This document shows positions 1 through 11,410 of a DNA stretch of 43,335 nt, in pieces. This stretch comes from Ministeria vibrans ATCC 50519 (taxonomy: Eukaryota > Protista > Filasterea): positions 1 through 43,335 of the forward strand of contig CALSCP010002232.1 of the NCBI GenBank assembly GCA_943704425.1, read 5' to 3'. Every line of letters starts with the position of its first letter. The stretch's first letter is position 1. Under the pieces are notes generated by a model, which saw nothing but the letters and a program-made list of their open reading frames with translations, made no database searches and had not been told where the DNA came from. The position numbers and the translations under genes are program-made.

Positions 1-79
<79 letters not shown>
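1..79. repeat. (AC)n microsatellite
   Basis: Pure AC dinucleotide run at the window start, downstream of the dihydropyrimidinase stop. Confidence 0.98.
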
Positions 80-83
<4 letters not shown>

Positions 84-140
84 GACAATGTTATAATCAT
101 CGAGTTTGAATAAAGCGGTTCATTAATCGTTCTTTCTGCG

Positions 141-2427
141 TCACACTTGAATGACATCGCCCTGGTACGGCTCCCGCTCGACCTTGAAACGTGCGGGGTC
201 TTTAAAGGCGGCGCTGGTCTCAATGTCGCGGTATGGCTCGCCGTACGGCTTGCGCTCGACGACACGTCCCCAGCCATTTTCTGTGGCCAGGCCCGTCGTG
301 TGGTCCCATACGACGCGCCCACCACTCACCGTCACATCCGCGTTACCCACCACCCGCATGCCCTCGTACACATTAAAGTCCACCGCATGGTGGTGGGTCT
401 TGGCGCTGATCTCCCGCTCTCGATCCGTGTTCCACACGACCACATCCGCATCCTTGCCCTTTGCAATTCGACCCTTCCCCTCCAGGTTCAGCAGTGCTGC
501 TGCGCGCGACGACGTCACACGCACAAAGTCTGTCGGCGACAGATAGTGGCCCCGCACGCCTTTGTGCCACACAATACTCATGCGGTCCTCAATTCCGTTG
601 ACCTACATCACAATCAAAAAAAGTGATCAGGTACAATCTCAACGCGAGTGTACACACACAAGCACACACACAACAAAAAAAAAAAAAAAAAAAAAAACAC
701 ACACACGCAAGTACCCCATTAGGAATCTTGCGGAAGTCGTCCTTGCCAAGGGCCTTCTGGTTGGCACTAAAGGTCGCATTGTCGGTGCCGACGACGTCAA
801 GAACGCCACTGCGCACCATCGACATGAGATACGCGGGCGTCGACGGGTCTTCTCGAATGGGCGGGCTCATCACATGCCCCGCCGCATGCCGCTACACACC
901 CCCGACTGTAAGTGTCCCATTTATTTCTTATCGCCCCCACTCTCTACATCTCGTTTCCTCTCCGACCACCACTTTGTCCTATCGCTTTGTTCTTTCTCGT
1001 TCGTTCTTTGTCTTACCCAGTCCTTGTGATACTGGTCACGGCCATCCTTGGCAAGCCCCACAGCGAGTGCCTCGCCCCACACACGCACTCCTGCGACCTT
1101 GGCACGTGCAATCACATCACTCGCACTGCGACTCATCACATGCACAATGTACAGCGGTACATTCACTTGGTCCGCAAGTGCAATCGCCCGGTGAGTAGCT
1201 TCTGCCTCGTTCCCTTCCGGTCGCGACATTGGGTGGCCCTCGGGTCCAGTAATGCCCTACAAGACAATGACAAGGTAAACACAACATACACACACATGCA
1301 CACACACATGTAAAAAATAAAATACACATACACACACCCTCAAACATACTCAGGCTCACACACACATGCATAGAAAGATATAGTATCATACACACATATA
1401 AAAATTATTATAATTATTATATCAATGGCATTTTCGTACGGCAGCAATCATTCGCGCCTGTCCTGCGTCCACCATGTCTCCATTCTCACAGTGCACCTGC
1501 GCCAGCGCACCAATGTCGCGACAGTGCGCAAATGCTGCCAAAAGCTCATGATCGTGCAGTCGCAGTGCGCCGTTGTACGCCAAGAACATCTTGTACGACT
1601 GCACACCCCGCTCCCGTGTCAGCTCCTCCATCTCTTTCGCGACGACTTCTTCGTCCCACCACGTCAGCGCCATGTGAAACGACACATCGCAGTTGATCAC
1701 TCCCTCCGCACGTCCGCGCCAATTGCTACACAACAACACACCAGTGTATTAGTATGATAAACACACAAGGGGTGTCATGGGTCTTCCTGCGTACTTGTAC
1801 GCCTCAATGATGCTCTGGCCTCGCGACGGAATCACATAGTCAACCAGCGTGGTGGTGCCTCCAGCAACAGCGGCACGCGTACCATGATGATAGTCGTCAA
1901 TCGTGCGTGTGCCCATGAAGGGCATGTCGAGATGGACGTGCGGTTCGACACCACCTACGAAATAATAATCATAATAAAAAAAAAAAATATTGAGAGCGTT
2001 TTCAAACAAGAATGTCATAGAAGAAACGGCAAAACGTCCATTCGAAAGTAGCATATAACGCCTCACACCTCCACACCCACCCACAAAGCCCAGTGCAATC
2101 GCGGAGAAGAAGGAGCAATTCGTGTGCAAACTGAAATACCTGGAATCACTAGTTTGCCGCTTGCATCGACCTCCTGCGTGCCCGCCGGCGCCGAAATGTC
2201 AGTCCCAACTTCCACAATCTTGCCGTTCTCCATGAGCACATCTGCGCGCTTCATTTCGTCCTCGTTGCTACACAAGTTCAAAGGGTCATTGGTTATTGGG
2301 GTGGAAGGCGACGGTGGTACACGACGGTGCCGCCACGGATGAGAAGCGGTGCAACAGTGCGGCTGCTGGTCGAGTACAAGCGAGCCGAAGCCGACGCGGC
2401 CTCACGTGACAATAATGCGCGAAACAT
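141..2427 (-). CDS. DPYS: Dihydropyrimidinase (amidohydrolase), 7 exons, with putative mitochondrial presequence
   Basis: Spliced model: [31 protein letters not shown]|[21 protein letters not shown]|[26 protein letters not shown]; SYKMFLAY (carbamylated Lys); HCENG; GITGPEGH; VHVMS; GTDN; IPNG|VNGIEDRM; [14 protein letters not shown]. All introns GT-AG. Confidence 0.95.
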
Positions 2428-2604
2428 CGAAATAAAGGAAAATTATTATTATTATTATTATTATTGAGTACAGAGTCTGAAACTATGTAACCAGTCACTG
2501 TCAAGAAATAACCTACATCCGAATCACCACTATCAAGACTCAAGGTCAATTGGTCAAAGTGCCAAACTTTGCGTCTCTTTCTACAACAATTACGTACAGT
2601 ATTT

Positions 2605-4109
2605 TCATTCGATTCGGGGCCGAAAGGGTTTTCGTTGTAACGTCAATTGCAACTCGTCACTGTGCTTCTCGTCTTCGTCGCTGCCATCGTCGTTGCACTC
2701 CTGCTCCTCAATGCAAAGTACCGGATCAAACTGGACGCGTGCCTTCCAGCGATCAGCGGCAAGTTCAAGCCATCCATAGCGATCGGCGCGCGAGCAGGTC
2801 GAAAAAAAGGCGCGCTCGTCAGCCAGGCCCAAGAGCACACGCGCCACAGCTGCACGCTCGCTCTTCAACTTGCTCACAAACAAAGACACACCTGTATACC
2901 ACATAAGGATCAGTAACCTGCTCGTAACAACACCCGCCCATGACTCACCGGCAAGTGCATCCGCGACACGTCCGTGTGCAAGTGACTCGCGCGTGCACTC
3001 GAGCGTCTCTAGTGCGCCGGCTGCGGACGGCGCACCAAGCGCATTCAGACACACTCGCAAGCAGTCTTCTTGCGCCATACGAGGCACACCCAGTCGAAAA
3101 TCCATGTCCGTCTCAAACTCATCCAGTTCAAATCGGCGCTCGGCAATAGTCGCCAGACCCGAATGCATCATCACCGACGCAAAGTCACGACCGCCCTTCA
3201 AACGCGGTTGTTTCCCACGACGCGCTGCTTGATCCTCCACCACTGTATCCATACACTGCGTACATCGATACCACTGCATTGCACACTCAATCACTCGCAC
3301 ACCCTGCGTTTCGTTTTGTTTGTTGGCATACCTCGGAAGGACGAAAGATGAACAGTCCGTCGCAAAACTGAGCAATATCCTCAACACTCGGAGTCACTTC
3401 AAATGCATGTCCATACACGTACGGTTGTACTCGCTGTGCTGAGCCGTCCGGCGCTACACCCCCCATCCAATACGAATTGTGTGCGTTGGTCGACGGCTAC
3501 ATTTGCGTGCGCATCGTCAACACAGCGCACCTCACAAACAACCCGACTTCCCTCTCTTCGTCTTCGTACCTTTCCAAGCACATCGCCAAACTCAAGGTCA
3601 AACGTAAGGTCGCGCACCCGGGGATACCACTGCGTCCGCATCAACCCGGTGCTGCTGCGATGTGTGCCCAGAGCGAGGAGAGCCGCAAGCGGACTCGTCA
3701 GCGAGGCAAGTGCCACCAGCACACGCTCGCACGTCGCAGCATCGTCGGCATTCTCTCCGCGCAAGGGCATGTCAAAGTCGTCAATGAGCACGGCGACGCG
3801 CCGTTGTGTGTGCTGCGCCAACCGCGACACGTTTGCGACAACACACCCGCTAATGTCATCAGCCGCAGCACTCTCGAGGGCGCACCCTTCATCGCGCATG
3901 GCCTCCCCGAGAGCACACTGGATGTGATCCCACAGTCGTCCTGGCGCCCCCGTCGCAAAGGGCAGCAGCACAGTGGGCGTGTGTGACGAGAGCGCACTCG
4001 TCTGGCTCTCTTTTAGCGCACTCAGAAGCGTTGTTTTTCCAAAGCCCGGCGGTCGTAATAAGTACGACTTTGAAACAGGTCGCAACAAGCGGCAAGCCAG
4101 CTGATTCAT
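2605..4109 (-). CDS. Divergent AAA-ATPase_like (PF09820-type) protein with possible degenerate C-terminal PD-(D/E)XK region, 3 exons
   Basis: LRPPGFGKTTLLSAL (cf. RPRRFGKS), VAVLIDDFDMPL (cf. VVILIDEYDxP), DLTFDLEFGDVLG, MMHSGLATI..FRLGVPR (cf. LxQxGYLTI..YxLxxPN). ORFs 3399-4109 and 2605-3387 are joined via GTACG..TAG and GTATG..CAG introns with an internal exon at ~3496-3331. Confidence 0.65.
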
Positions 4110-4195
4110 GAGGTGAACAAGAAAAACAAAGTGTCGATGAAAATTATTGAAAAGTGAAAAATCAAAACTGAAACAAGTCGTCTTCTGTACAAAGT

Positions 4196-5315
4196 CTACT
4201 TTCGTCGCTTCCCTCCACGGCCGCCTCTTCCCCTTCCTCTCCCACGACCGCTTCCACCACCACGACCACCACGACCACCGCCACCGCCGCTGGAACTGCC
4301 GGCAGCGTTACCCTTCTTGCCGAAGAGCTTCTCCATGTCCTTGGACGACAATTGAAGACTCCCACCGCGAAACTGACCAACGGGATCGCGAATGCCGCTA
4401 GACGGGTCCACCCAGTGTCCACCAAGACGTGACTGCTGACGCGCCTGCTCCTTGCGCTCGTCATAGCTGACCTTCTTATTCGCTGTCTTCACTCCCATCT
4501 CCTTGTCCTGTCAAAAAGACAAGTTAATCGAGAGCTGTGTTGGTCTCTCCATCACGTTTGTTCTTTCGTCCTCCTCTCTCTCACTTTTTCTCTGTGTTCT
4601 CTCTCTCTGCCTCTATCACTTTGTTCTCTCTACCACTGTGTTCTCTCTCTCTATCACATTGTTTCTTTCTCCTCTCTCTCACTTCGTTTGTCTCTCTCTC
4701 TATCACTTTGTTTCTTTCTCCTCTCTCTCTCTCTCTCTGTATCACTTTGTTTCTCTCTCTCTGTCTCTTTCTCTCTCAAAATTACCATTGCACGCTGTGA
4801 TTCTTCCCGGTGAGCCTGCTTGATCTTCATGCCACGGTAGATCTTCGGGGGAATGTTGGGTGCTTTGACCACGGCCCCGAGACGCACCAGCTTGGCCATC
4901 GTCAGCGTCTTCCTGCCGATCAAGAGCAACAACAACATCATCAATGGCGCATCAGCATGGAACACAGAGACACAACTCAAGGGGCGAGAGGGACGATCGG
5001 GAGACACGAGACTACACACAGAACGTACTGGTCTTTCTTGCTCATGGCACTGACGCCAAGTGCCTGCACCTCCTTGGCTGATTTGCGCACGAGCGTACGC
5101 GCATCCTCAAAAACTACAGCGTCGGACTTGCTCGCGCGCTTCTCGGCGGCGGCGTCGTCGGGCGTGCGTCGTGCCAGCGGATTGCGAAAGACGACCACTT
5201 CGGGCGAGTGCTTGGCCACGCGTGCTCGCTTCGACGGCCCCTCCAGCCCCGCCCCAGCACCCTCGTCCTTCCCGTCAGCTGCAGCCACATCACTTGTTCT
5301 TCTTCTCTTCGACAT
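4196..5315 (-). CDS. FAF1: 40S small-subunit processome assembly factor (yeast Faf1 / human C1orf131-like), 3 exons
   Basis: KEVQALGVSAMSKKDQ|KTLTMAKLVRLGAVVKAPNIPPKIYRGMK; C-terminal PVGQFRGGSLQLSSKDMEKL (cf. [21 protein letters not shown]); RGG-rich basic tail. Confidence 0.75.
4545..4777. repeat. Intronic CT-rich cryptic minisatellite (TCTATCACTTTGTT(T)CT core)
   Basis: Repeated tatcactttgtt-type units embedded in (CT)n in intron 2 of the FAF1-like gene. Confidence 0.85.
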
Positions 5316-5514
5316 GATTGAAAAAAAGTGTGAAAGTGAAAGTTGAATTATAATTTATATTCGAAATCAATGTGAACTCATTAATTGCAGTGGAAGTATT
5401 GTGCTGCTCTTCGTTTGAATATTGCATTGTTTTGTCACTTTTAACATTCCGTACAGCTCTCTATTCTCTATTTATTTTCGTATAATTCATTTTTAAAACC
5501 AACTTAATTTGTTT

Positions 5515-8015
5515 TTATCGGACAGAGATACTCACAATCTTGATGTCTTCCCAAGGCTTATCTGAGCGGTTGGTGCGCACTTCACTAATGGCCTGTGCAA
5601 TATCCATTCCCTTGATCACTCGTCCAAACACCGTGTGCTTGTTGTCGAGCCACGGCTGTAGTAAAGACACGGAAGGAAGGTGAGTGTGTGAGGCGAAATG
5701 CACTGTTTCGTACTGTGGGCACCACAGTGATAAAGAACTGCGATCCATTGGTGTTGGGACCACAATTGGCCATGCTCAGCGTATACGGGCGGTCGTGCCT
5801 ACACAAAAAACAGATTATAAAAAAAGGAGGAGGAGGAGGGGGGGGGNNNNNNNNNGGGGGGGGACGGCGGACGGGTGTGTGTGAGAACGAGAGATAGAGA
5901 GTGTGTGGGTGTCGTACCTGAGAGATGGATGGAACTCATCGACAAACTCACCGCCCCAAATGCTCTCACCGCCCGACCCATCGCCATTGGGGTCGCCCAT
6001 CTGAACCATGAATGACTTGATGCACCGATGCACCAGGTGTCCGTTGTAGTACCCATTGCGTGAGTGCTGCGCAAAGTTTTCAACCGTTTTGGGACATCTA
6101 GAAAGAGAGAATACTGTGAGCGGGTGAGGAAGAGTGGTATATGGGGAGTACTCTGAAGGGAAGAGCTTGACAGTGATGTCGCCCATGGTCGTGTGAATGG
6201 TCGCTTGGTCAGCCAACTGGGGAGAAGAAGGTATAAGAACAGAGTGAGAGAGAGAGAAAGACGGAAGGAAAGGAAAAACAAAAGTGATCGAGAAAAAAAA
6301 GGAGGAAATAGAGAAGAAACTAAAGCAAAAGAATGAAACAAAGCCATCAAGAACAAAAAAAAAGGACAAAACAAAAAGGGGCCTTCGGAGGGTCCATTGC
6401 GTACCACTGAATGGCCACTCGACTCGACTGCTGCCATCTGCTCCTCACGCGTAGGCTTCTCATTGAACACATCACGACCAGTCTCACTACACACACGCAC
6501 GCAGAGGAAAAGCAAAGACAAAAATGAAAATAAGTGAGGGTTGAAATGGCTGGTGGATGGGTACGTGTGGGCTTCGCCGGGCTCTCTGCGTGTGACCATG
6601 AAAAAGCGGGCTTTGCGGAAGGCAGTCGCAAACAGAGTTGGGTCGAGCACGGCCTTGTTGATAGTGGGGTTGTCTGACGCAAGAAGCTCGACGGTACTGG
6701 CAGCCTAAGAAGCACCCAGAGACAGACCAACAAAGAGGAGAGAGGACAAAGTGATCGAGAGAGAGAGAGAGACAACAAAGTGAGACAAGGAACAACATAA
6801 ACAGCAATGACAATGACGTACGTGTGATGTCTTGGGCAGTGACTGGTACAGTGCAATGCGTAAAAATCGCACACCACTCTCATTTGAGCCAATCACTCGA
6901 ATACACTTTTTCGTGGCCAGATTGACAACCTTACAAAAAAAAAAAAAGAAAAAAAGACAAGAAATGGGGAAGAAAGAGAAGACAAAGTGAGTCGATGTGA
7001 GACAGAAAGAAAGAGACAAACCTTAATGCCGAGAATGGTTGGATAAAGAATAAAAAGTGCAGACTCGTCGAAGAGGGCGTTGGCCATGGCGAGGAGGCCG
7101 GTGCGGGCGGTGTCGCGCTCAATAGCCGCACGCCGCCCGAATTCAAGGTTGTCGATCTGCACATGCGACGCCTCTGTTGCACTGCCGTCGCCCCCTGCCT
7201 GCTTGTGTTGTTGCGCTTGCTGCTGCAGCGCCTCATTGACGCTGATTGACTCGTCAATCGAGCACACGAGTCGGCCCGTCCGGAAACGGAACACTCGCAC
7301 GCGCTGATCGGTAGCACAGAGCACAAACTGCGTTCCGTCTGGCGACAGCCCAATGTCCGTCGTGTGTGCCTTGTTCCGTGCCAAATCAAACAGATCCGTG
7401 TCCGTCTTGAAACTAAAGTCGACCTGTTCCTCCGGAAACTGTCATGGGCGTGAAAAAAACAACCGCAAAGTCAGACAACACGACGACTCCCCCCGCCCCT
7501 CTTTTGTGCACAGTGCACTTACGCCATAATCAGCGCCGGGCGACCAGTAGTCAATAACTCCGGCGGAGTCAATGGAAATGACCGTGTCCATGGCGGGATT
7601 GTAGCGCAGAGCCGTGACGGGTTTGGCATGCACGCGCACCTGTGCCACGGCCTTCGCGGTCTCCCCGCGTCCGTCAAACACCCGCACCACGGGACTCGTG
7701 CGATCTGCCACCGCCACCAGCGTCATTGCCGCTCCTGCCCGATGCACCCATTCGCATGTTGAGGGCTAATAAAAACATCAAAATCAGCAAAAATAAATAA
7801 TAAAAAAGGCGTGGTCAAAAATCGATTTCTTCAAACACGCACCTCAAAGTCGAGTTTGGTCATGTTGATCATGTCGAATGAGACCACATCAAAGACCTTG
7901 AGGGCGTTGTCTGTGCCCACTGTGGCCAGCACCAGTCCATCACAGCTGCTGGACATGCCTGAAATGGAGCCCAAGTGTGCTCGGTATTGCTAAACGGACG
8001 GTGCAATGTATCAAA

Positions 8016-8078
<63 letters not shown>

Positions 8079-8607
8079 GATCACACTCAAACCTTGACAA
8101 ACTCAATGCCGCCCTTAGCATTCTTCTTCCAGAACTTGACTACGCCGTCGGCGCTACCGGTCGCAACAAAGTCCGTCTACAACAAAGTCAGACACACAGA
8201 AATCCTATTGCAAACGTCGCCACTTCGTCTCACTTTGGCCATGACACAGACATGCGTAACGGTGTCGCGATGCATGTAGCTCTGTTCGTACTGCTGTGCA
8301 TCCGGGAGATGGTCCAGGTAGAGTTGCTGAAAGGGAACGACTGGTAGAAACGAGAAAGAGAGAGAGAGAGAGAGGATGAACGACACGAGTCGCGCGTCAA
8401 AATTTGCGAACCTTTTGCCCGTTTCGACGATGGCTCCGACACGGGCGCCGCTCCACCTTCGGGAGCAGGCATGGGTCCGACGTCGTCCTCTTCTTCATTG
8501 CTTGTCGGTGCGTCCGAGGGCGATTCTGGACGAGTGCAGTGAGAGTGTGCGCTGAGCGAATTCAAACCAAACTTACCCCCATCTTCGCCGGCTCTCGCTC
8601 GCTTCAT
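5515..8607 (-). CDS. PPWD1: Peptidyl-prolyl isomerase domain and WD-repeat protein 1 (spliceosomal cyclophilin), ~13 exons
   Basis: [23 protein letters not shown]; WD40 exons; [11 protein letters not shown]; [22 protein letters not shown]; [13 protein letters not shown]; cyclophilin domain [71 protein letters not shown]. Confidence 0.96.
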
Positions 8608-8930
8608 GTCTGGCGCTGAAACAGTAGAATTGAAAGTATACAAAAAAAAGTATGTCTCAAGACTCAAGAGTGAAGAGTGAAGAGTTAAGTCTTAGGTGAC
8701 AAGTGAGTTAAGTCTACGTGACTTTATCAATTTTTGAAGAGAAATGGTTTTTTATTATTGGTGTAAAAAGTGAGCAATGTCAAGGGCTACCCGCAACAGT
8801 GATGCGTAAATATAAACAACCGACTGGTCGTGCACATGATTCGTGTAATAACTTTCATGACTTTTGAGTGTTAGACCGGTTCATGAGTCTCTGTTAAAGG
8901 GATTAATGTATTGTATTGTATTGAGGGGAG

Positions 8931-9884
8931 TTACTTCTTGACTTTTCCGGGCGTGTAGTTCTTGTCGATGACCTCGTCCTGCAGGAACATGTGCAGACAC
9001 TTCTCCATCTGCGCCAACGGATGTCCCGCAATCCTACAGAAAGAAAGAAAAACGAAAGAAGGAAAGAAAAAAAAAAAGAAAGAAGAAACAAAAAGAGATA
9101 GAGAGAGAGGAGAAAAGAAACAAAGTGATAAAGAGGGAGGAGAAAGAAACAAAGTGATAAGGAGAGAGGAGAAAGAAACAAAGTGATAAAGAGAGAGGAG
9201 AAAGAAACAAAGTGATAAGGAGAGAGGAGAAAGAAACAAAGTGATAAAGAGAGAGGAGAAAGAAACAAAGTGATAAAGAGAGAGGAGAAAGAAACAAAGT
9301 GAAAGAGAGAGAGAAAAACAAAGTGTAGAGGTGTTAACAGAGTGATAAAAGGATTCGTGAAACAGTCATCGTACTTGTTAGCAAACTTTTCCAACTGCAC
9401 ACGTCTGTCCTCGATAAAAGCCTCATCGAAGATTCCATCGTCCTTATTGAGCAGCGGGATCTGCTTCATGAGTGACTTGGATGGCAGCTTTGGCACCATG
9501 ATCTTCGAGTCTCGCTCCAGTTCCTTTTTGAGCCACTCAAAGTCCGAGTAACGCCGTCGCACCGATGATTGCTTCAATCTGAACACAGGCAGGTTGGACT
9601 GCAGCACGGGAGAAGTTATGAGTACACACACAAGAAGACACATACACACATATATATACACACAGACACACACACAACAGACATCTGTTATCGTACGCGC
9701 ATCACAAGCTCGTATGTGACATAGCGCTTGGAGCCAAGGCCATGAATCTACACACGCACACACACACAGACAAGGATAAGTATCAAGTCTTCTTCTCGCT
9801 TCCCCACCACCGTCATCGTACCTGTGGGTTGATGAGATCAATCTCAAGGAAGTTGGTGGGCTCTGCGTACGCCTCGTCGGTGGA
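8931..9884 (-). CDS. SNX3: Sorting nexin 3/12 (PX domain); first exon not located, possibly in the N gap near 10251
   Basis: STDEAYAEPTNFLEIDLINPQ|IHGLGSKRYVTYELVMR|SNLPVFRLKQSSVRRRYSDFEWLKKELERDSKIMVPKLPSK..DDGIFDEAFIEDRR..|IAGHPLAQMEKCLHMFLQD. Confidence 0.95.
9100..9330. repeat. 29-bp tandem minisatellite (GAGAGGAGAAAGAAACAAAGTGATAARGA), ~7-8 copies, in the last SNX3 intron
   Basis: CAAAGTG recurs at 9121, 9150, 9179, 9208, 9237, 9266 and 9295. Confidence 0.92.
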
Positions 9885-10215
9885 CTGTAGGAGAAGACGA
9901 GAGTGGATGTTTGGTGTGAGTGAGTGCGAGTGGGACATTGCACGACACACACAGAAACAGACGCCAGCGACAGCTGCACGTGGCTCACGTCACCCCTCAA
10001 GTGCACCGGCGCATCGCACCCTCGCGTGCAGATGCGACTGCCGTTCACATTGATGCGCTGCTTTTCAGCCTTTTCTGCGTCGTGTTCACTTCCTGCCCGT
10101 CCAACACTACATCCGGCGTCACAAACCACCCACGCTCACTCCCACCATGCCGTCTATAGGCAAGCGCGTGACCTCTCATCCGCCGTTGACGTTATAAAGA
10201 CGAACACGACCGGAG

Positions 10216-10250
<35 letters not shown>

Positions 10251-10578
10251 NNNNNNNNCCTTATTATTGATTACGAGGAGTATTGAATTTAGAAAAATAA
10301 TTAATGGAAAATCGATACTCAATGCCAAAACAAGACTATATACAAAAAAAGAGCAGCACAATGCTTCCGCCGACCGAAGTACACAATCACTTATAAAAAT
10401 AATAATAATAAGAAGAAACCCTGTCATTTTTGTTAGTATTATTAAATTTGTGGACCGTCGAAAGTGAAGTATACTCAAGTGAAAAAATACGCTCACTGAT
10501 GGGTTCTCTCGAACATTCTCTCTGTCTCTGTTTCTGTAAAATCTAATGGTATTACTTTTATTATTATTATAATTAGTC

Positions 10579-11364
10579 TCAAGCTTTCATCACAGAGCTC
10601 TTGCGCTTCCGCTCAGAAAACAGACTCGCCTGCTTAATTGCCTTGATCCATGCCTCCATTGTGCCTTCGTCGTCTACACCCCAACAAGAAGAGATGAACA
10701 TCCACATGGCAGGCACTTCTTCTTCTTACCAACGGCACACCAGCGACACCTATTCTCAAACTCGTCATTGACGTCTTTCATTATTGGCGACCAAAGCGTT
10801 GTTGCTAAAGAGGGAGTGAGTATAAGCAAACACTTCCTCCATTAAACACAGTATCAAACGAGAGCGACGTACAGGGAACCTCGGGAGCGGACTTGATGAT
10901 AAAGGTGAATTGGGCGGGTGCCTTCTTGACCTCACCCCACACCTTGTAGGCAACGGAACCCTCGTACGCCATGAAGGCATCGGGCTTCTCGTACGCACGC
11001 GAGTTCACCGGTCGCTCTTTAAACACATGTAATCTACCAAAACAATCACATCAGCTTCAAACGTCAGATTTGGAGGAGGACAACACAATACATAACTGCT
11101 CCGCATCACCATTACTACTACTACTACAACTACTACTACTACTACTACTACTACTTTTCGACTCATCTTACCCGTCCTGTGTCAACACAAAGTAGCGCTC
11201 CTTCCACGACTTGTTCTTGCCCTGGCGCGTCTGCAGTGTCCCCTGCATCGTCGGAAACTCATTTGATGACATCTCTTCCAGCGCACGCACTTGCGTGTCT
11301 GCCTCGCGATGGCGCACCACAAATCGGTTTCCCATTTGGTTTCGGGGCCACTAAACAAAAGCAC

Positions 11365-11410
<46 letters not shown>

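Noticed and set aside
2647-2916. Plus-strand ORF with hydrophobic N-terminus (MQLVTVLLVFVAAIVV)
   Set aside because: Starts at TTG and is the antisense shadow of the acidic tail of the AAA-like gene
9100-9330. Regularly spaced 29-bp repeats as a possible CRISPR array
   Set aside because: Head-to-tail units without unique spacers, inside a spliceosomal intron, and no cas genes
10741-10810. Apparent in-frame stops in PH-domain and other fragments, suggesting stop-codon reassignment or pseudogenes
   Set aside because: All resolved by canonical GT-AG introns with consistent phases; standard code fits and TAA, TAG and TGA all act as terminators
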